From the NCBI GenBank assembly GCA_963663475.2, contig CAXXJV010000001.1:1888001-1952000 (forward strand): a stretch of DNA of 64,000 bases, written 5' to 3'. Of the stretch, positions 50,103-60,842 are shown one piece after another. The notes beneath the pieces were generated by a model. That model had not been told where the DNA came from. It did no database searches and saw nothing but the letters and a program-made list of their open reading frames with translations. Each line of letters starts with the position of its first letter. Position 1 is the stretch's first letter. The DNA comes from Candidatus Cloacimonadales bacterium. Lineage in GTDB: Bacteria; Cloacimonadota; Cloacimonadia; Cloacimonadales; JAFGVF01. The position numbers were made by a program, and so were the translations under genes.

Positions 50103-50404
50103 ATCGAGATCTCGATCGCTGTCTCAAATCAACATATGCAAACCGATATCTCAGCTGAGACGGTGAGATATCGGTAGTTTTTTGAAGCATAAACCCACAA
50201 CTAGCTACTAAGATAAAGACTTACAGGAGATTAGTAGCTTAGCAAACTCTCCAAACATCCTTTAAAACTAGCAGAGAAATTGTAAAAAATACCTGCATAA
50301 GCTGTTAAATAGGAAATTTTGAGACATCGTTGAGACAGCGTGTAAATAACTAATAAATAGCACCGATATACATCTCACAGGGAAAACTTGGGTGTCACTT
50401 TTTA
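50103..50404 (+). repeat. Mu-like right end, copy 2
   Basis: Same boxes and hairpins; ends GGAAAACTTGGGTGTCACTTTTTA. Confidence 0.9.
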
Positions 50405-50884
50405 GACATCATAATTCTCTTAATTTTACAATTTAGTATCCTCAACATTTCTTAAACTTCTTAAATATAAAAAGATAATACTAAAAACATAGCCACACTG
50501 CAAGTGAGGACAAATTTGCTATAGAATTACTTATCATTTGCACTATATTAAAGAAAATTTTTATTAATTTCAACACCATAATTCTTCAAATAATTGATAG
50601 ATTCCAAAGAAACTTTTTCCTGAGTTTCCCAATATCACCTCGCATCCCTACTGTAATATTTTTTTTAAATTTAAAAAAATTAATTCTGCACGATTTAGAA
50701 AGCCACTATTTATAACACTATCCATAATTCTGTAAGACAATTTATTAGGGTACTATTTTTCCTCATATATGAATAAATTTATTAAAGAAATTTAATTTCC
50801 TATTAATCTTCATTTAATATAGGGTGGGTATATTCCATTTGTGAAGTTTAGTTTTCGTGTAAAAAAACAAAAAGGTGGAATAAT

Positions 50885-51829
50885 ATGAATACTAATATCA
50901 AGAAAGCAAAGCAAGCTATAATTAGAGGAATCTGTTTTGATAAACTTATAACTGTTTTACTCATCATTCTATTTTTATCTAGTAACTTATCTGCTCAGAA
51001 TCTGTTAAAATCTATTCTCAACACGAAATCAGACAAGTCGGAGAGCGAAGAAGGAACTAAGATAGGATTCAATCCTGAGAATTTTATTAATCCAATACTA
51101 AGCACAAATCCCTATCACCCGCTAAAACCAGGACTACAATGGGTTCGTGGTGGAACTACTGAGGTAGGTTCCAGAGTAGTTCCTCATGAGATCATTACTA
51201 CAATGACAGATGTAATCAGAATAATCCAGGGGGTACCAACTGTTGCAATGCTGGATGAATCTACAGATTCAGGAGAGATGTCTCAAGTTAGTATTGATTA
51301 TCTAGCCTTGGATAAAGATGGCAATGTGTGGATTTTAGGCGGATATTCTGAAGAATATGAAGGGGGTTTATACACAAACCTGGATGATGCCTGGCTTGGA
51401 GAAGGTAAAGGATCTGAGGTTGGTATTCTGATGCCTTCTGAGGTTACCATGGAAACACCTCGTTGGTTTGTAGGAAAATCTCCTGGTGAAGCACCTACTG
51501 TAGCCGAACCAGTTGAGATAGGCATGACCCAATGTGTTGAATTCGACTGTTTTGATGATGTTTGGGTAATTCGAGAAGGTGAAGTAGGAGCTATCGATAA
51601 CGAGTTCAAATATTACGCTCCAGGTGTGGGTGTTATTTATAATGTACCCCAAGACGAAAGCTTGCATAAAGATTTCTTTGAATTATTGAACTTCGTTGAA
51701 CTTAGTCCAGAAGGATTGGCAAAGGCTAGTCAAACTGTTTTGAAACTAGAAGAACATGCTCGTAAGAAAACAGCACGAAGAGTTTTCGGTCCAGAGCCTG
51801 TTTCTAAGAGGGCTGAGAAAAATGAATAA
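50885..51829 (+). CDS. exported acidic hypothetical protein
   Basis: Signal-like N-terminus; NPYHPLKPG, DYLALDKDGNVW..G, KYYAPGVG motifs; first gene of the ABC operon. Confidence 0.7.
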   Translation: MNTNIKKAKQAIIRGICFDKLITVLLIILFLSSNLSAQNLLKSILNTKSDKSESEEGTKIGFNPENFINPILSTNPYHPLKPGLQWVRGGTTEVGSRVVPHEIITTMTDVIRIIQGVPTVAMLDESTDSGEMSQVSIDYLALDKDGNVWILGGYSEEYEGGLYTNLDDAWLGEGKGSEVGILMPSEVTMETPRWFVGKSPGEAPTVAEPVEIGMTQCVEFDCFDDVWVIREGEVGAIDNEFKYYAPGVGVIYNVPQDESLHKDFFELLNFVELSPEGLAKASQTVLKLEEHARKKTARRVFGPEPVSKRAEKNE

Positions 51830-52493
51830 CACTGTTGTAAGTCTGACAAGTGTCTCCCATTCGTATAAAACAGATAATGGAGTTATTCCAGTGCTTGAAA
51901 ATGTGAATCTTACCATTCGACACGGAGAAAAAGTAAGCTTGGTTGGGCCTTCTGGATGTGGAAAATCAACTCTTCTGTCTCTAATTGCTGGCCTTATTAA
52001 ACCTTTTGAAGGAGATATCTGTATCGCTGGTGATTTAATGAGTAAACTTAAGGATAAAGACCGTGCCCAAATTCGAGCTAAAAAAATAGGGATTGCTCTC
52101 CAATCCGACAATCTTATACCCTTTCTTACTTCACTCGAAAATATCGAATTAGTTTTATCATATGGTAGATATGGGAATAAGCATGAAATAAGGAAACAAG
52201 CGGAACACCTGCTTAACAAGTTCGGATTATCTCACCGTTCTCAGCACCTTCCAAGACAATTATCTGGTGGTGAAGCACAACGCGTTGCTTTAGCAGCATC
52301 CGTAGCAAACAGCCCCTTGTTATTGTTGGCAGATGAATTCGGGGCTCAACTGGATGCAGGGACAGCTAAGCAGGTTATAAGTGAAATTTTACAAGAAGAT
52401 TTTGCGGTATTGTTTGTAACTCACAATTTAGAACAAGCTCAATTAACTCCAAGCAGATATGAAATCAAAAATGGAAGGGTGGAATTGATATGA
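51822..52493 (+). CDS. ABC ATPase (LolD/MacB-like)
   Basis: GPSGCGKS, LSGGE, LLADE, VTH; likely start ATG 51822. Confidence 0.9.
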   Translation: MNNTVVSLTSVSHSYKTDNGVIPVLENVNLTIRHGEKVSLVGPSGCGKSTLLSLIAGLIKPFEGDICIAGDLMSKLKDKDRAQIRAKKIGIALQSDNLIPFLTSLENIELVLSYGRYGNKHEIRKQAEHLLNKFGLSHRSQHLPRQLSGGEAQRVALAASVANSPLLLLADEFGAQLDAGTAKQVISEILQEDFAVLFVTHNLEQAQLTPSRYEIKNGRVELI

Positions 52494-53188
52494 ATAGAAA
52501 GAAATCAATCTCAGCTAAGAATGTAGTTGTTGAATATAAAACATCAGAAGGTACTATTCGAGCTTTGGAATGCAAAGACTTGTATGTACAAAGCACTTCA
52601 AGCGTTGCAGTGATGGGATCGAGTGGCTGTGGAAAATCGACTCTTCTAGGTTTGTTGGCTGGTATAGCAGTACCTACACATGGTAGCATTAGAATTGGTG
52701 ATGTAGAGTTATCTTCTCTTAGCGAAAAACAAAGAACAAGTTTTAGGAGAGATAATCTCGGAATGGTTTATCAAGCAGATAATCTATTACCCTTTTTAAC
52801 AGTTGAAGAGAATATTAGATTAAGCCTTGGTATTTCAGAATCAAATACCAAAAACACAAGTAATCGTTTACATGATCTTCTTGATCAACTGGGCTTATCA
52901 GGACTTGAAAAACGACTTCCAGATCAGATGTCTGGTGGACAAAGGCAAAGAGTGGCAATTGCCAGGGCTGTATTTCATGAACCAAGAATTATACTTGCAG
53001 ATGAACCAACAGGGGCACTTGACGAACTAAATGCACAAAAGGTTATTAATATTCTCATCAGGTTACAGCATGAGATTGGGGCTACACTTGTTGTTGTAAC
53101 TCATGATCCCAAAATAGCTAAACTGCTGGATACAACTATATATATTAAATCACCTGAAAGAAAAATAAAAGAGGACCTCTATGTTTAA
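52490..53188 (+). CDS. ABC ATPase (LolD/MacB-like)
   Basis: GSSGCGKS, MSGGQ, LADEPTGALD, VTHD. Confidence 0.92.
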   Translation: MNRKKSISAKNVVVEYKTSEGTIRALECKDLYVQSTSSVAVMGSSGCGKSTLLGLLAGIAVPTHGSIRIGDVELSSLSEKQRTSFRRDNLGMVYQADNLLPFLTVEENIRLSLGISESNTKNTSNRLHDLLDQLGLSGLEKRLPDQMSGGQRQRVAIARAVFHEPRIILADEPTGALDELNAQKVINILIRLQHEIGATLVVVTHDPKIAKLLDTTIYIKSPERKIKEDLYV

Positions 53189-56100
53189 AAGATATGTACT
53201 ATTAGACCTGATAAGAAATCCGAGAAGAACTCTTTCTACATTAACAGGAGTTATGCTAGGTGTTGGCCTTCTTTGCGGTGTGCTGTTTTTTGTAGATGGT
53301 CTTTCAACATCAATGACACAAAGATCTGTAGCACCTTTAGCTATCGATATGCAAAGAATCATCAGTAAACGTATTGGCAGCTTTGTATCTCTCACTCAAA
53401 CTATCGCTTATGTGGACAGAGTTAATACACCAGATATAGTTGAAATAAAGCTCAAACTTAAAAATGAAGGTAATTTTACTGCAAATGACGTAACTGTTCG
53501 TTCTCGTCTGAAAAAGGAACTTATGTTTATTAAGGGATCAGCAGAAATAGATGGAAAACCCTTAGATAAATTTGAGGATAATCCTTTCGCTCATGGTTTG
53601 GGAAGAACTGGATATAATCTTGGTTCAGTAAAACCTGGAGAAGCTCATTTTCTTAGCTACAGAGCAAAAGTTGAAAATAATGCTGAAATTGAGAAAAATC
53701 TAATTACCACTTTCTCCACCCGAGAATCTTTAATGCCGGTAAAGGCAAATAAACCTCAACAAGTACCACTCTCAGAACTATCGGATATGATCAGTAAGAT
53801 TGAAGGAGTGAAACTTGCTGAGCAGCTTTCTTATGCAGATCTTGGATATAATAAGATTACCTTCAAAAATAACTCTTCACCTGGAATGACCAGGATATTT
53901 GGGCTGAATAACAGTTATGCAAAGCACGATGAAACAATTTCAATAACAAGTGGAGAACTTATCGATAATGGAGCAGTGCTAAGTATTGAAGCTTCAAGAA
54001 TTATCAAAGCATCAATTGGGGACTCAATTATAATAAGTCTTCCAGACAGCTCTTTTCATAAAATTATGGTTACTGGGATTGCTGATTTAAGTCGTTCTCG
54101 AGCTCTTTTTAACAGCCGTCGAGGTGCAGACCTTGAGGAATTCTTATATATTCCAAGCTCTTTGATCATAACTTCAAAATACTTCGAAGAAATTGTTTTT
54201 CCAGCTTATCAGTCTGCAGCAAGTGAAAACGAAGATCGTTTGAAAAATCCTCCTGTTCGTGAAATAGATATCTGGCTTGATCATGCTCTTTTAAATGGTT
54301 CTCCTGAAATTGCATTAACTGAAACCAAACAAATAAACAGTAGAATAAAAGAAGTAGCTGCTCATCAAGATTATGTTCTTGATAACATCTCCAATACTCT
54401 GGAAGTAGCAGTTGCAGATGCACGTACTGCAAAAAAACTTTTCTTCTTCTTAGGAATTCCAGGAGGATTTCTAGCAGCAATGCTTGCAGCTTATGCGGCT
54501 AATGTTCTAGCGTCAGCCCAGCGTCGCGAACAAGCAACTCTCAGAGTTAGAGGTGCTTCAGGATCACATTTATTTAAGATGCTGGCATTAAGAACTTTCC
54601 TTATCACAACTATTGGAACAATTTTTGGATTATTATTAGGTTTTGTTATTTCAAGTGCCATCCTGGGATATGACTCAATGCTGAATGCTGGTTTCTTAAG
54701 GCTTTCTGTTTCAGGATTGCTGGGAACAATGGGAGGCTTTCTAGCAACTGGAATTTCATTGTATTTGACGGGGCATGTTTCTATTGTCAGACAAATTAAT
54801 GAAGAACGAGCTAGGTTATCTGAACGAACTCCTTATTGGCGCAGGTTAAATCTGGATATATTCAGTTTTGCAATTCTTGTAATAGGAACAGCAATTGCTT
54901 TATTAACGAACTCCTTTGAAGGTTCTAGTGGATCTGTCTATTTTGGCAAAGGTGTAGATCTGAATCTTATTATGTTGGTTTTTCCTGTCATGTTGTGGTT
55001 CTCAGGAAGCTATCTTTTTGCTCGCTTTTTAGTAATTTTTCTATCTAATCTTAGAAGAAAACAAAGAATTGGTATCCTAAAACCATGGCCAGGAGTTTTT
55101 TGGCTTAGCATAAACCGCAGACCCTGGCCCATTGCATATGGTTCCATAATCATTTCTCTAATTGTTGCTCTTTCGGTTAGCTTATCTGGATTCACTGCTT
55201 CATACAACAGAGCAAAAAAGAATGATGCTCTTTATGCTGCAGGATCAGACATCCGAATTATTCCTGATCCAACATCAATGAGTAAAATGCAGATATCCGA
55301 CACACATAAACTGAAAGTTGATGGTATAAAAGAAGTGACTCCTGTTTACTACAGTGTTCAGAATGTCATTATCAGAAGCAACCGAACATCAGATCCTGCA
55401 AATATGCTGGCTGTAGATCCTGATTCTTTTGGTAAAGTTGCACCATTGTATGATCTTGATTTCAACGACATTACTGCTGAACAATCTCTTAGCATTTTAA
55501 AAAACGAACAAGAATCTGTTTTTCTGAGTGATGATATGGCCGATTTCCTGCAGGTTGAAGTTGGAGATACTTTACATGTTCTTCTTGAGAGAGGTTCAAA
55601 CAAGCAAACTGAGATAATGCAAATCATTAAAGGTACCTTTAAGCGACTTCCAGGTTGTCCTGATGGTGCACATGCATTCATGTCAATTCATGTATATTCG
55701 GAAAAAATTCCAGACAAAGCTCCTGATTTCTTTCTCGCATCAGTGCAAAACGATCAGGTTGAGAATTTTGCAAGTATTGAGAAAGATTTAGCAAATTCAG
55801 TTGGTAAGTTTTTCGAATATAGATTGGAAAGCAAGTATACTGTTCTTTCTAAAGATCAATCAAGTCTCGCAGCATTAAACATTGCCGGTCTGGTTAAATT
55901 AGACTCCATCTTTGCCTTTGTTATGGCAATAGTAACGATTGGTATATTTGTCTTTGGTCTACTTTTCCAAAGAAGAAGAGAATACATCACCTTGAAAGCA
56001 CAAGGGCTCAAACCGAACATCATCAGGTCATTAATAGCTGCAGAGGCTAGCAGCGTTGCTTTAGGCGGTAGCATTTCAGGTATTCTTGTAGGTATTACAA

Positions 56101-56282
56101 TGGGCTTTTACTTTGTAAAAGTTTTACAACCTTTATTCGTTCATGTTCCAGTATATGTAATATCTCTACAATCTATTTTTCTTCCAATTTCACTTGTTTT
56201 TATTGGAACTGTAATCTCTTCATATACTGGTTCAAGACAAATAAACTCACTCAATCCAATGGAACTATTACGAGATGAATAA
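53181..56282 (+). CDS. double FtsX/MacB-family ABC permease
   Basis: Two RRE..TL...G repeats with TM clusters and large periplasmic domains; ends P.ELLR.E. Confidence 0.88.
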   Translation: MFKRYVLLDLIRNPRRTLSTLTGVMLGVGLLCGVLFFVDGLSTSMTQRSVAPLAIDMQRIISKRIGSFVSLTQTIAYVDRVNTPDIVEIKLKLKNEGNFTANDVTVRSRLKKELMFIKGSAEIDGKPLDKFEDNPFAHGLGRTGYNLGSVKPGEAHFLSYRAKVENNAEIEKNLITTFSTRESLMPVKANKPQQVPLSELSDMISKIEGVKLAEQLSYADLGYNKITFKNNSSPGMTRIFGLNNSYAKHDETISITSGELIDNGAVLSIEASRIIKASIGDSIIISLPDSSFHKIMVTGIADLSRSRALFNSRRGADLEEFLYIPSSLIITSKYFEEIVFPAYQSAASENEDRLKNPPVREIDIWLDHALLNGSPEIALTETKQINSRIKEVAAHQDYVLDNISNTLEVAVADARTAKKLFFFLGIPGGFLAAMLAAYAANVLASAQRREQATLRVRGASGSHLFKMLALRTFLITTIGTIFGLLLGFVISSAILGYDSMLNAGFLRLSVSGLLGTMGGFLATGISLYLTGHVSIVRQINEERARLSERTPYWRRLNLDIFSFAILVIGTAIALLTNSFEGSSGSVYFGKGVDLNLIMLVFPVMLWFSGSYLFARFLVIFLSNLRRKQRIGILKPWPGVFWLSINRRPWPIAYGSIIISLIVALSVSLSGFTASYNRAKKNDALYAAGSDIRIIPDPTSMSKMQISDTHKLKVDGIKEVTPVYYSVQNVIIRSNRTSDPANMLAVDPDSFGKVAPLYDLDFNDITAEQSLSILKNEQESVFLSDDMADFLQVEVGDTLHVLLERGSNKQTEIMQIIKGTFKRLPGCPDGAHAFMSIHVYSEKIPDKAPDFFLASVQNDQVENFASIEKDLANSVGKFFEYRLESKYTVLSKDQSSLAALNIAGLVKLDSIFAFVMAIVTIGIFVFGLLFQRRREYITLKAQGLKPNIIRSLIAAEASSVALGGSISGILVGITMGFYFVKVLQPLFVHVPVYVISLQSIFLPISLVFIGTVISSYTGSRQINSLNPMELLRDE

Positions 56283-56321
56283 AAAAATATTTATGGAAAA
56301 CTAAATAAATTAGGAGGATAG

Positions 56322-57020
56322 ATGAAAAATCTAAAAAAAATATTGTTGATGGAAGTTGTTGAAAAACATATCATTATACTAGTGATTATCGTTTTAGCTT
56401 TCGGTTCGCTACAGGCTCAAATGAAACCAGAAATCCTTTTGAACATTGAAACTTCTGGGAATGAGATTCTAAGTGATGATTACGAATATGGCATTTCACC
56501 CCAGTTAATTTTTGAATGGGAATCAATTAATCTTTTAGCTGAGACAAAATGGTATTTACCTTTATATCCTGAATCTAATCTCGGAGAAGTAGAGCTTAAT
56601 GTGGAACGTGTTTTGCATTCCAAATTATGGTGGTTAGATTTTAAGCTGGGTAATACAAATTTGTGGATCTTTGAAGATAGTGAACTTGAAGGAGTCGCTT
56701 TTTTCAATCCAATAATGTATATATCCAATATAGAATTTGAATTAGGCTTTGAAACTCAGTATATGCCAGATTTAGCCGTCGAGTTTGCTCCTTCTATCGT
56801 TTATGAATTTGCCCTACCTCGTGGAATAGCAGAAATTGGAGTAGGTCAGACTATTGTTCTATATGATGAATTTGCAAGAGGGGAAACAGAATTTCCTATT
56901 ACATACGAATTTGATGCTGGAGAATATTCAACCCTAGGATTTGAATTTACTCCATTAATCACTGAAGATAACGAGTTTAATCTTAATATCATGCTCAAAG
57001 CTGAAATATCTTTTGATTAA
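56322..57020 (+). CDS. acidic exported protein, possible outer-membrane beta-barrel
   Basis: Signal peptide, alternating beta pattern, penultimate Phe. Confidence 0.5.
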   Translation: MKNLKKILLMEVVEKHIIILVIIVLAFGSLQAQMKPEILLNIETSGNEILSDDYEYGISPQLIFEWESINLLAETKWYLPLYPESNLGEVELNVERVLHSKLWWLDFKLGNTNLWIFEDSELEGVAFFNPIMYISNIEFELGFETQYMPDLAVEFAPSIVYEFALPRGIAEIGVGQTIVLYDEFARGETEFPITYEFDAGEYSTLGFEFTPLITEDNEFNLNIMLKAEISFD

Positions 57021-57117
57021 AAGTTCGGACTAATAAAGCTTTAATGATAACATAAGATAGAACTATATGAAGTGGATCAAGAACTATAGAAAAAATTAAA
57101 AAAAGAATGGAGGAGAC

Positions 57118-57870
57118 ATGTGTTTACAAAAAGAGCTTGAAAAACAAGGCAACTGGCTTTTTACTTACAGAAGTTATTTGCCGATATTAATATTAGCTGT
57201 AGGTATTGTCCTATATTTTAGAAATTATATTCACCTTGAGATGTTTAGTAGTAAAATTGTGATATATAAGTCATTTTATGCATACTTATGCCTCTTCCTT
57301 AGTCTTTCAGGTGTTTTAGTTAGAGTATATACAGTAGGCTATACACCCAAGGGTACTTCTGGTAGAAACACAAAAAAACAAGTAGCACAAAGCTTGAATA
57401 TGACAGGGATATATTCAGTGGTTCGTCACCCTTTATATTTGGGTAATTTCTTAATCTACCTTGGTATTTGTTTATTAATTGGACATTTATGGTTTGTCAT
57501 TATATTTTGTTTGCTGTTTTGGATTTACTACGAAAGGATCATGTATGCCGAGGAGCAGTTTTTATTTCGTAAATTCGGAGAGGATTTTACGAATTGGTCT
57601 GCAGAAATTCCAGCTTTTATCCCAAGATTTAAATCATTTGTAAAACCAGCACAATCATTTAGCTGGAAAAAGGTCCTAAGAAAAGAAGCTGATGGTATTT
57701 TCGCCTTATCCTGTATTTTTTTCTTTTTCAATATTGGAAGAGAGATAATTGAGAATAACGGTCATTTTAACTTGATTCTTGGATTTATCTTTCTATTTAT
57801 TACTATAGGATACATTTTTGCCAAGTATTTAAAGAAAAAGACCCGTTTTCTTAATGAAGTGGAGAAATAG
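57118..57870 (+). CDS. ICMT/PEMT-family membrane methyltransferase (LmtA lipid A phosphate methyltransferase-like)
   Basis: GNWLF.YRSYLP, TSGRNT..Q.A..LN.TG.YS.VRHPLYLGN, YERI..AEE.FL..KFG. Confidence 0.8.
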   Translation: MCLQKELEKQGNWLFTYRSYLPILILAVGIVLYFRNYIHLEMFSSKIVIYKSFYAYLCLFLSLSGVLVRVYTVGYTPKGTSGRNTKKQVAQSLNMTGIYSVVRHPLYLGNFLIYLGICLLIGHLWFVIIFCLLFWIYYERIMYAEEQFLFRKFGEDFTNWSAEIPAFIPRFKSFVKPAQSFSWKKVLRKEADGIFALSCIFFFFNIGREIIENNGHFNLILGFIFLFITIGYIFAKYLKKKTRFLNEVEK

Positions 57871-57953
57871 CCCGTTATAATGATTGTAGAAGCTTAAATT
57901 CTACTTACCAAATTCGCTTGAAATATGTGTAATTTAGAGAGAGGAAGATTTAA

Positions 57954-58625
57954 ATGAGAATTTTATTGGTCGAGGATGATAAAAAAATTGCTGGTTTTAT
58001 TACCAAAGGTCTTCAGGAAGAAAACTATGCAGTAGATATTTTTCACAATGGAGAAGACGGTCTATATTGGGCTCTAGTAAATGAATATGACTTGATTATT
58101 TTAGATATAATGCTGCCTCAGATGAATGGTTTAGAAATCTGTCGGGAAATCAGACGCAATCAAAAAAACACACCAATTATTATTTTAACAGCAAAAGGGT
58201 CTATTGAAGATAAGGTTAAAGGCTTGAGGATTGGGGCAGATGATTACTTGAGTAAACCATTTTCATTTGATGAATTATTAGCTCGTATTCAAGCTTTGTT
58301 AAGAAGATCGCAGGAATATCAGTCTCAAATTTTAACAGCAGCAGATTTAGAACTTGATGTCGGCTCACGAAGAGTCTCCCGATCAGGGAAAGAGATAATC
58401 CTATCAGGTAGAGAGTATGGTCTCTTGGAATTTTTGATGAGGAATAAGAATAAAGTCGTAACTGAAACTCAGATAATTGAACATGTCTGGGATATGAATT
58501 CTGAGTTGTTTACGAATGTCGTAAATGTATATATCCACCATCTACGAAAAAAAATAGATGAGGAAAGCTCTCAGAAGTTAATCTATACGCTGCGCGGTCG
58601 AGGATATATTTTAAAGGATGAATAA
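57954..58625 (+). CDS. OmpR-family response regulator (CusR/CzcR-like)
   Basis: LLVEDD, LDIMLP, GADDYLSKPF, wHTH NVVNVYIHHLRKKID. Confidence 0.93.
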   Translation: MRILLVEDDKKIAGFITKGLQEENYAVDIFHNGEDGLYWALVNEYDLIILDIMLPQMNGLEICREIRRNQKNTPIIILTAKGSIEDKVKGLRIGADDYLSKPFSFDELLARIQALLRRSQEYQSQILTAADLELDVGSRRVSRSGKEIILSGREYGLLEFLMRNKNKVVTETQIIEHVWDMNSELFTNVVNVYIHHLRKKIDEESSQKLIYTLRGRGYILKDE

Positions 58626-58631
58626 ACCACT

Positions 58632-60095
58632 ATGATTAATCATTCAATTCGTAATCGTTTAACAATATATTTCGCTTCAATAGTTGCAATAATTCTTCTT
58701 CTGTTTGATCTTCTAATCATATTGAGTTTTAGGGACAATCTATTAGATAATATTGAATCTTCACTATTAAGCAGTTGTTCGGTTATTACAGGAGAGATTT
58801 TTAAGCAGGATATATCAGGGAAACTCATTGAAGAAGATAGTGAATATGAAGATGAAATATCTAAGATCTCCGAGCTTTTCCCTGTAGAAATAGCAGAATT
58901 AATAGAATCAATGGGGCATTTCGCACAGCTACTCGATGTTCAGAATCCTGCGAAACCTGTTATCATTGCCAGAGCACATTTGAATGAAAATATTAATATA
59001 CCATATAACCCAGAGTTGGTGCAGAAAATTATAGGAAGCAAATCATCCAAGGATAAATATTTGTTCAAAAAATCACAGGAATTAATGCTGGTCAACCTCT
59101 ACATTTTGGATCATCTGGGAAATAAATTTGTATTACAAATTGCAGAAACCACCGTTAATTTTAAAAATGATTTAAAGTGGATTTTTACAAGTTTATTGAT
59201 AGCTTCACCACTTTTTTTACTCATCCTTTCCATATTTGGGTATTTTATGATAAAAACTGCCTTCAAGCCTGTCACCAATATTGTGGAAGATGTAAATAAG
59301 ATTACAGCCAAAGATCTTAGTTTACGGATAAAATCAATGAGCGGAAAAGATGAGATTGGGAAATTAATTGATACTTTCAATAATCTTATTGAACGCTTAG
59401 AAAGATCATTCAATTTAACAAAACAGTTTTCTATTGATGTATCCCACGAGCTCAAAACACCCTTAACCGTTTTAAGAGGAGAGATAGAGGTGATCCTGCG
59501 TCACTCTAGGTCGAAGGAAGAATATGTAAGAACATTAAATAGCCTAGTAGAAGAGGTGATCAAATTGCAGGCAATCATTGATAATCTGCTTCTTCTGGCA
59601 AACCTGGATGCATCCCGCAGACTGCCAGAATTTGAAGATGTAGATCTGAATGAACTTATATTAGAAACATTTGAAGATCTGCATTGGCTTGCTACCCAGA
59701 AAAATCAGAATATTGAGATTAGAGAAATACCTTCTATCAGCATTCATGGAGATAAGACGCTTCTCATCAGGCTATTCAGCAATATTCTGGAAAATGCAAT
59801 TAAATATTCTCCCAGAAACGGAAAAATCAGGATTTTCTGTAATATATCAAAAGACTCCATGGAAATCAATGTGCAAGATAGCGGACCCGGAATAAGCAAA
59901 GAATATCATACCAAAATTTTTGAGAGGTTTTTCCGTATCAATGATTTATATGAGCCCACCAAATCCAAAAGCTCTGGCTTAGGGCTAGCTTTAGCAAAGA
60001 AGATAGCTGACCTGCATAATATTACCATCAAACTGAAAAATTCATCTCCTCAGGGCTGCATTTTTTCTTTATCAGCTCCTTTTAAATATGATTAA
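58632..60095 (+). CDS. HAMP sensor histidine kinase (CusS/CzcS-like)
   Basis: SHELKTPL, NILENAIKY, DSGPGI, FERFFR, GLGL. Confidence 0.93.
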   Translation: MINHSIRNRLTIYFASIVAIILLLFDLLIILSFRDNLLDNIESSLLSSCSVITGEIFKQDISGKLIEEDSEYEDEISKISELFPVEIAELIESMGHFAQLLDVQNPAKPVIIARAHLNENINIPYNPELVQKIIGSKSSKDKYLFKKSQELMLVNLYILDHLGNKFVLQIAETTVNFKNDLKWIFTSLLIASPLFLLILSIFGYFMIKTAFKPVTNIVEDVNKITAKDLSLRIKSMSGKDEIGKLIDTFNNLIERLERSFNLTKQFSIDVSHELKTPLTVLRGEIEVILRHSRSKEEYVRTLNSLVEEVIKLQAIIDNLLLLANLDASRRLPEFEDVDLNELILETFEDLHWLATQKNQNIEIREIPSISIHGDKTLLIRLFSNILENAIKYSPRNGKIRIFCNISKDSMEINVQDSGPGISKEYHTKIFERFFRINDLYEPTKSKSSGLGLALAKKIADLHNITIKLKNSSPQGCIFSLSAPFKYD

Positions 60096-60299
60096 GAAAC
60101 TTTAATATAAATATATGATGAAATTTTCATTTTAACGCTTTTATAACAATAATATAGCTTTGCTATCAAATTATACTAAACATAATATTAATAATATATC
60201 TGTTATTGTTTATAGAATTTTAGAAATAAGTATTTTAATAGTAAGTGTTTGAGTAGAATAGGGACAGTATAACCATGTCTCTATTTGAAATGTAAAAAG

Positions 60300-60445
60300 T
60301 TGGCATACCCCATTTTTTTATGAAAAAATGATCCGTATTTGTAGCTTGTTATGATATTCCCTCTTGTGTGGTAAATTTTATTCATTTTAGTGTTATTAAA
60401 TATAGTTTTATAATTCTACTCAGTTTTAACAGGATTTTTATTTAT
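60300..60445 (-). mobile_element. isolated 3' end of the same IS4-like family as 31361-32910
   Basis: Reverse complement aligns with ~32770-32910 and ends TCATAAAAAAATGGGGTATGCCAA. Confidence 0.7.
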
Positions 60446-60522
60446 AGTCGTCTCTTTCTCAACTTACACTTCCTTAGCTTGGAAGAGAGAAAAAAAGATA
60501 GAGACATTTAGTATAGCAAATT

Positions 60523-60841
60523 ACCAAGGTCTCGCTCCCTGCTCAGATCAACAATCTAAAACCGATGTCTCACTTGAGACGGCGAGATCTCGGTGGCTTT
60601 TTTCGAATCCCAAACCAACAACTAGCTACTAAGATAAAGACTTACAGGAGATTAGTAGCTTAGCAAACTCTCCAAACATCCTTTAAAACTAGCAGAGAAA
60701 TTGTAAAAAAATACCTGCAAAAGCTGTTAAATAGGAAATTTTTAGACATCGGTTGAGACAGCGTGTAAATAACTAATAAATAGCACTTTATAAGAAGCTC
60801 CTATAGATATCTCACATGGAAAATTTGGCTGTCACTTTTTA
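60523..60841 (+). repeat. Mu-like right end, copy 3
   Basis: Central part nearly identical to copy 2; ends CTCACATGGAAAATTTGGCTGTCACTTTTTA. Confidence 0.9.
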
Positions 60842-60842
60842 A

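Larger units (their letters stand above)
45412..50404 (-). mobile_element. non-autonomous mini-Mu derivative (unit 2): right end, portal fragment, secreted cargo, distal gene fragment
   Basis: Diverged copies of portal (49518-50091) and distal gene (45412-45521) bracket different CTD genes; no transposase. Confidence 0.75.
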
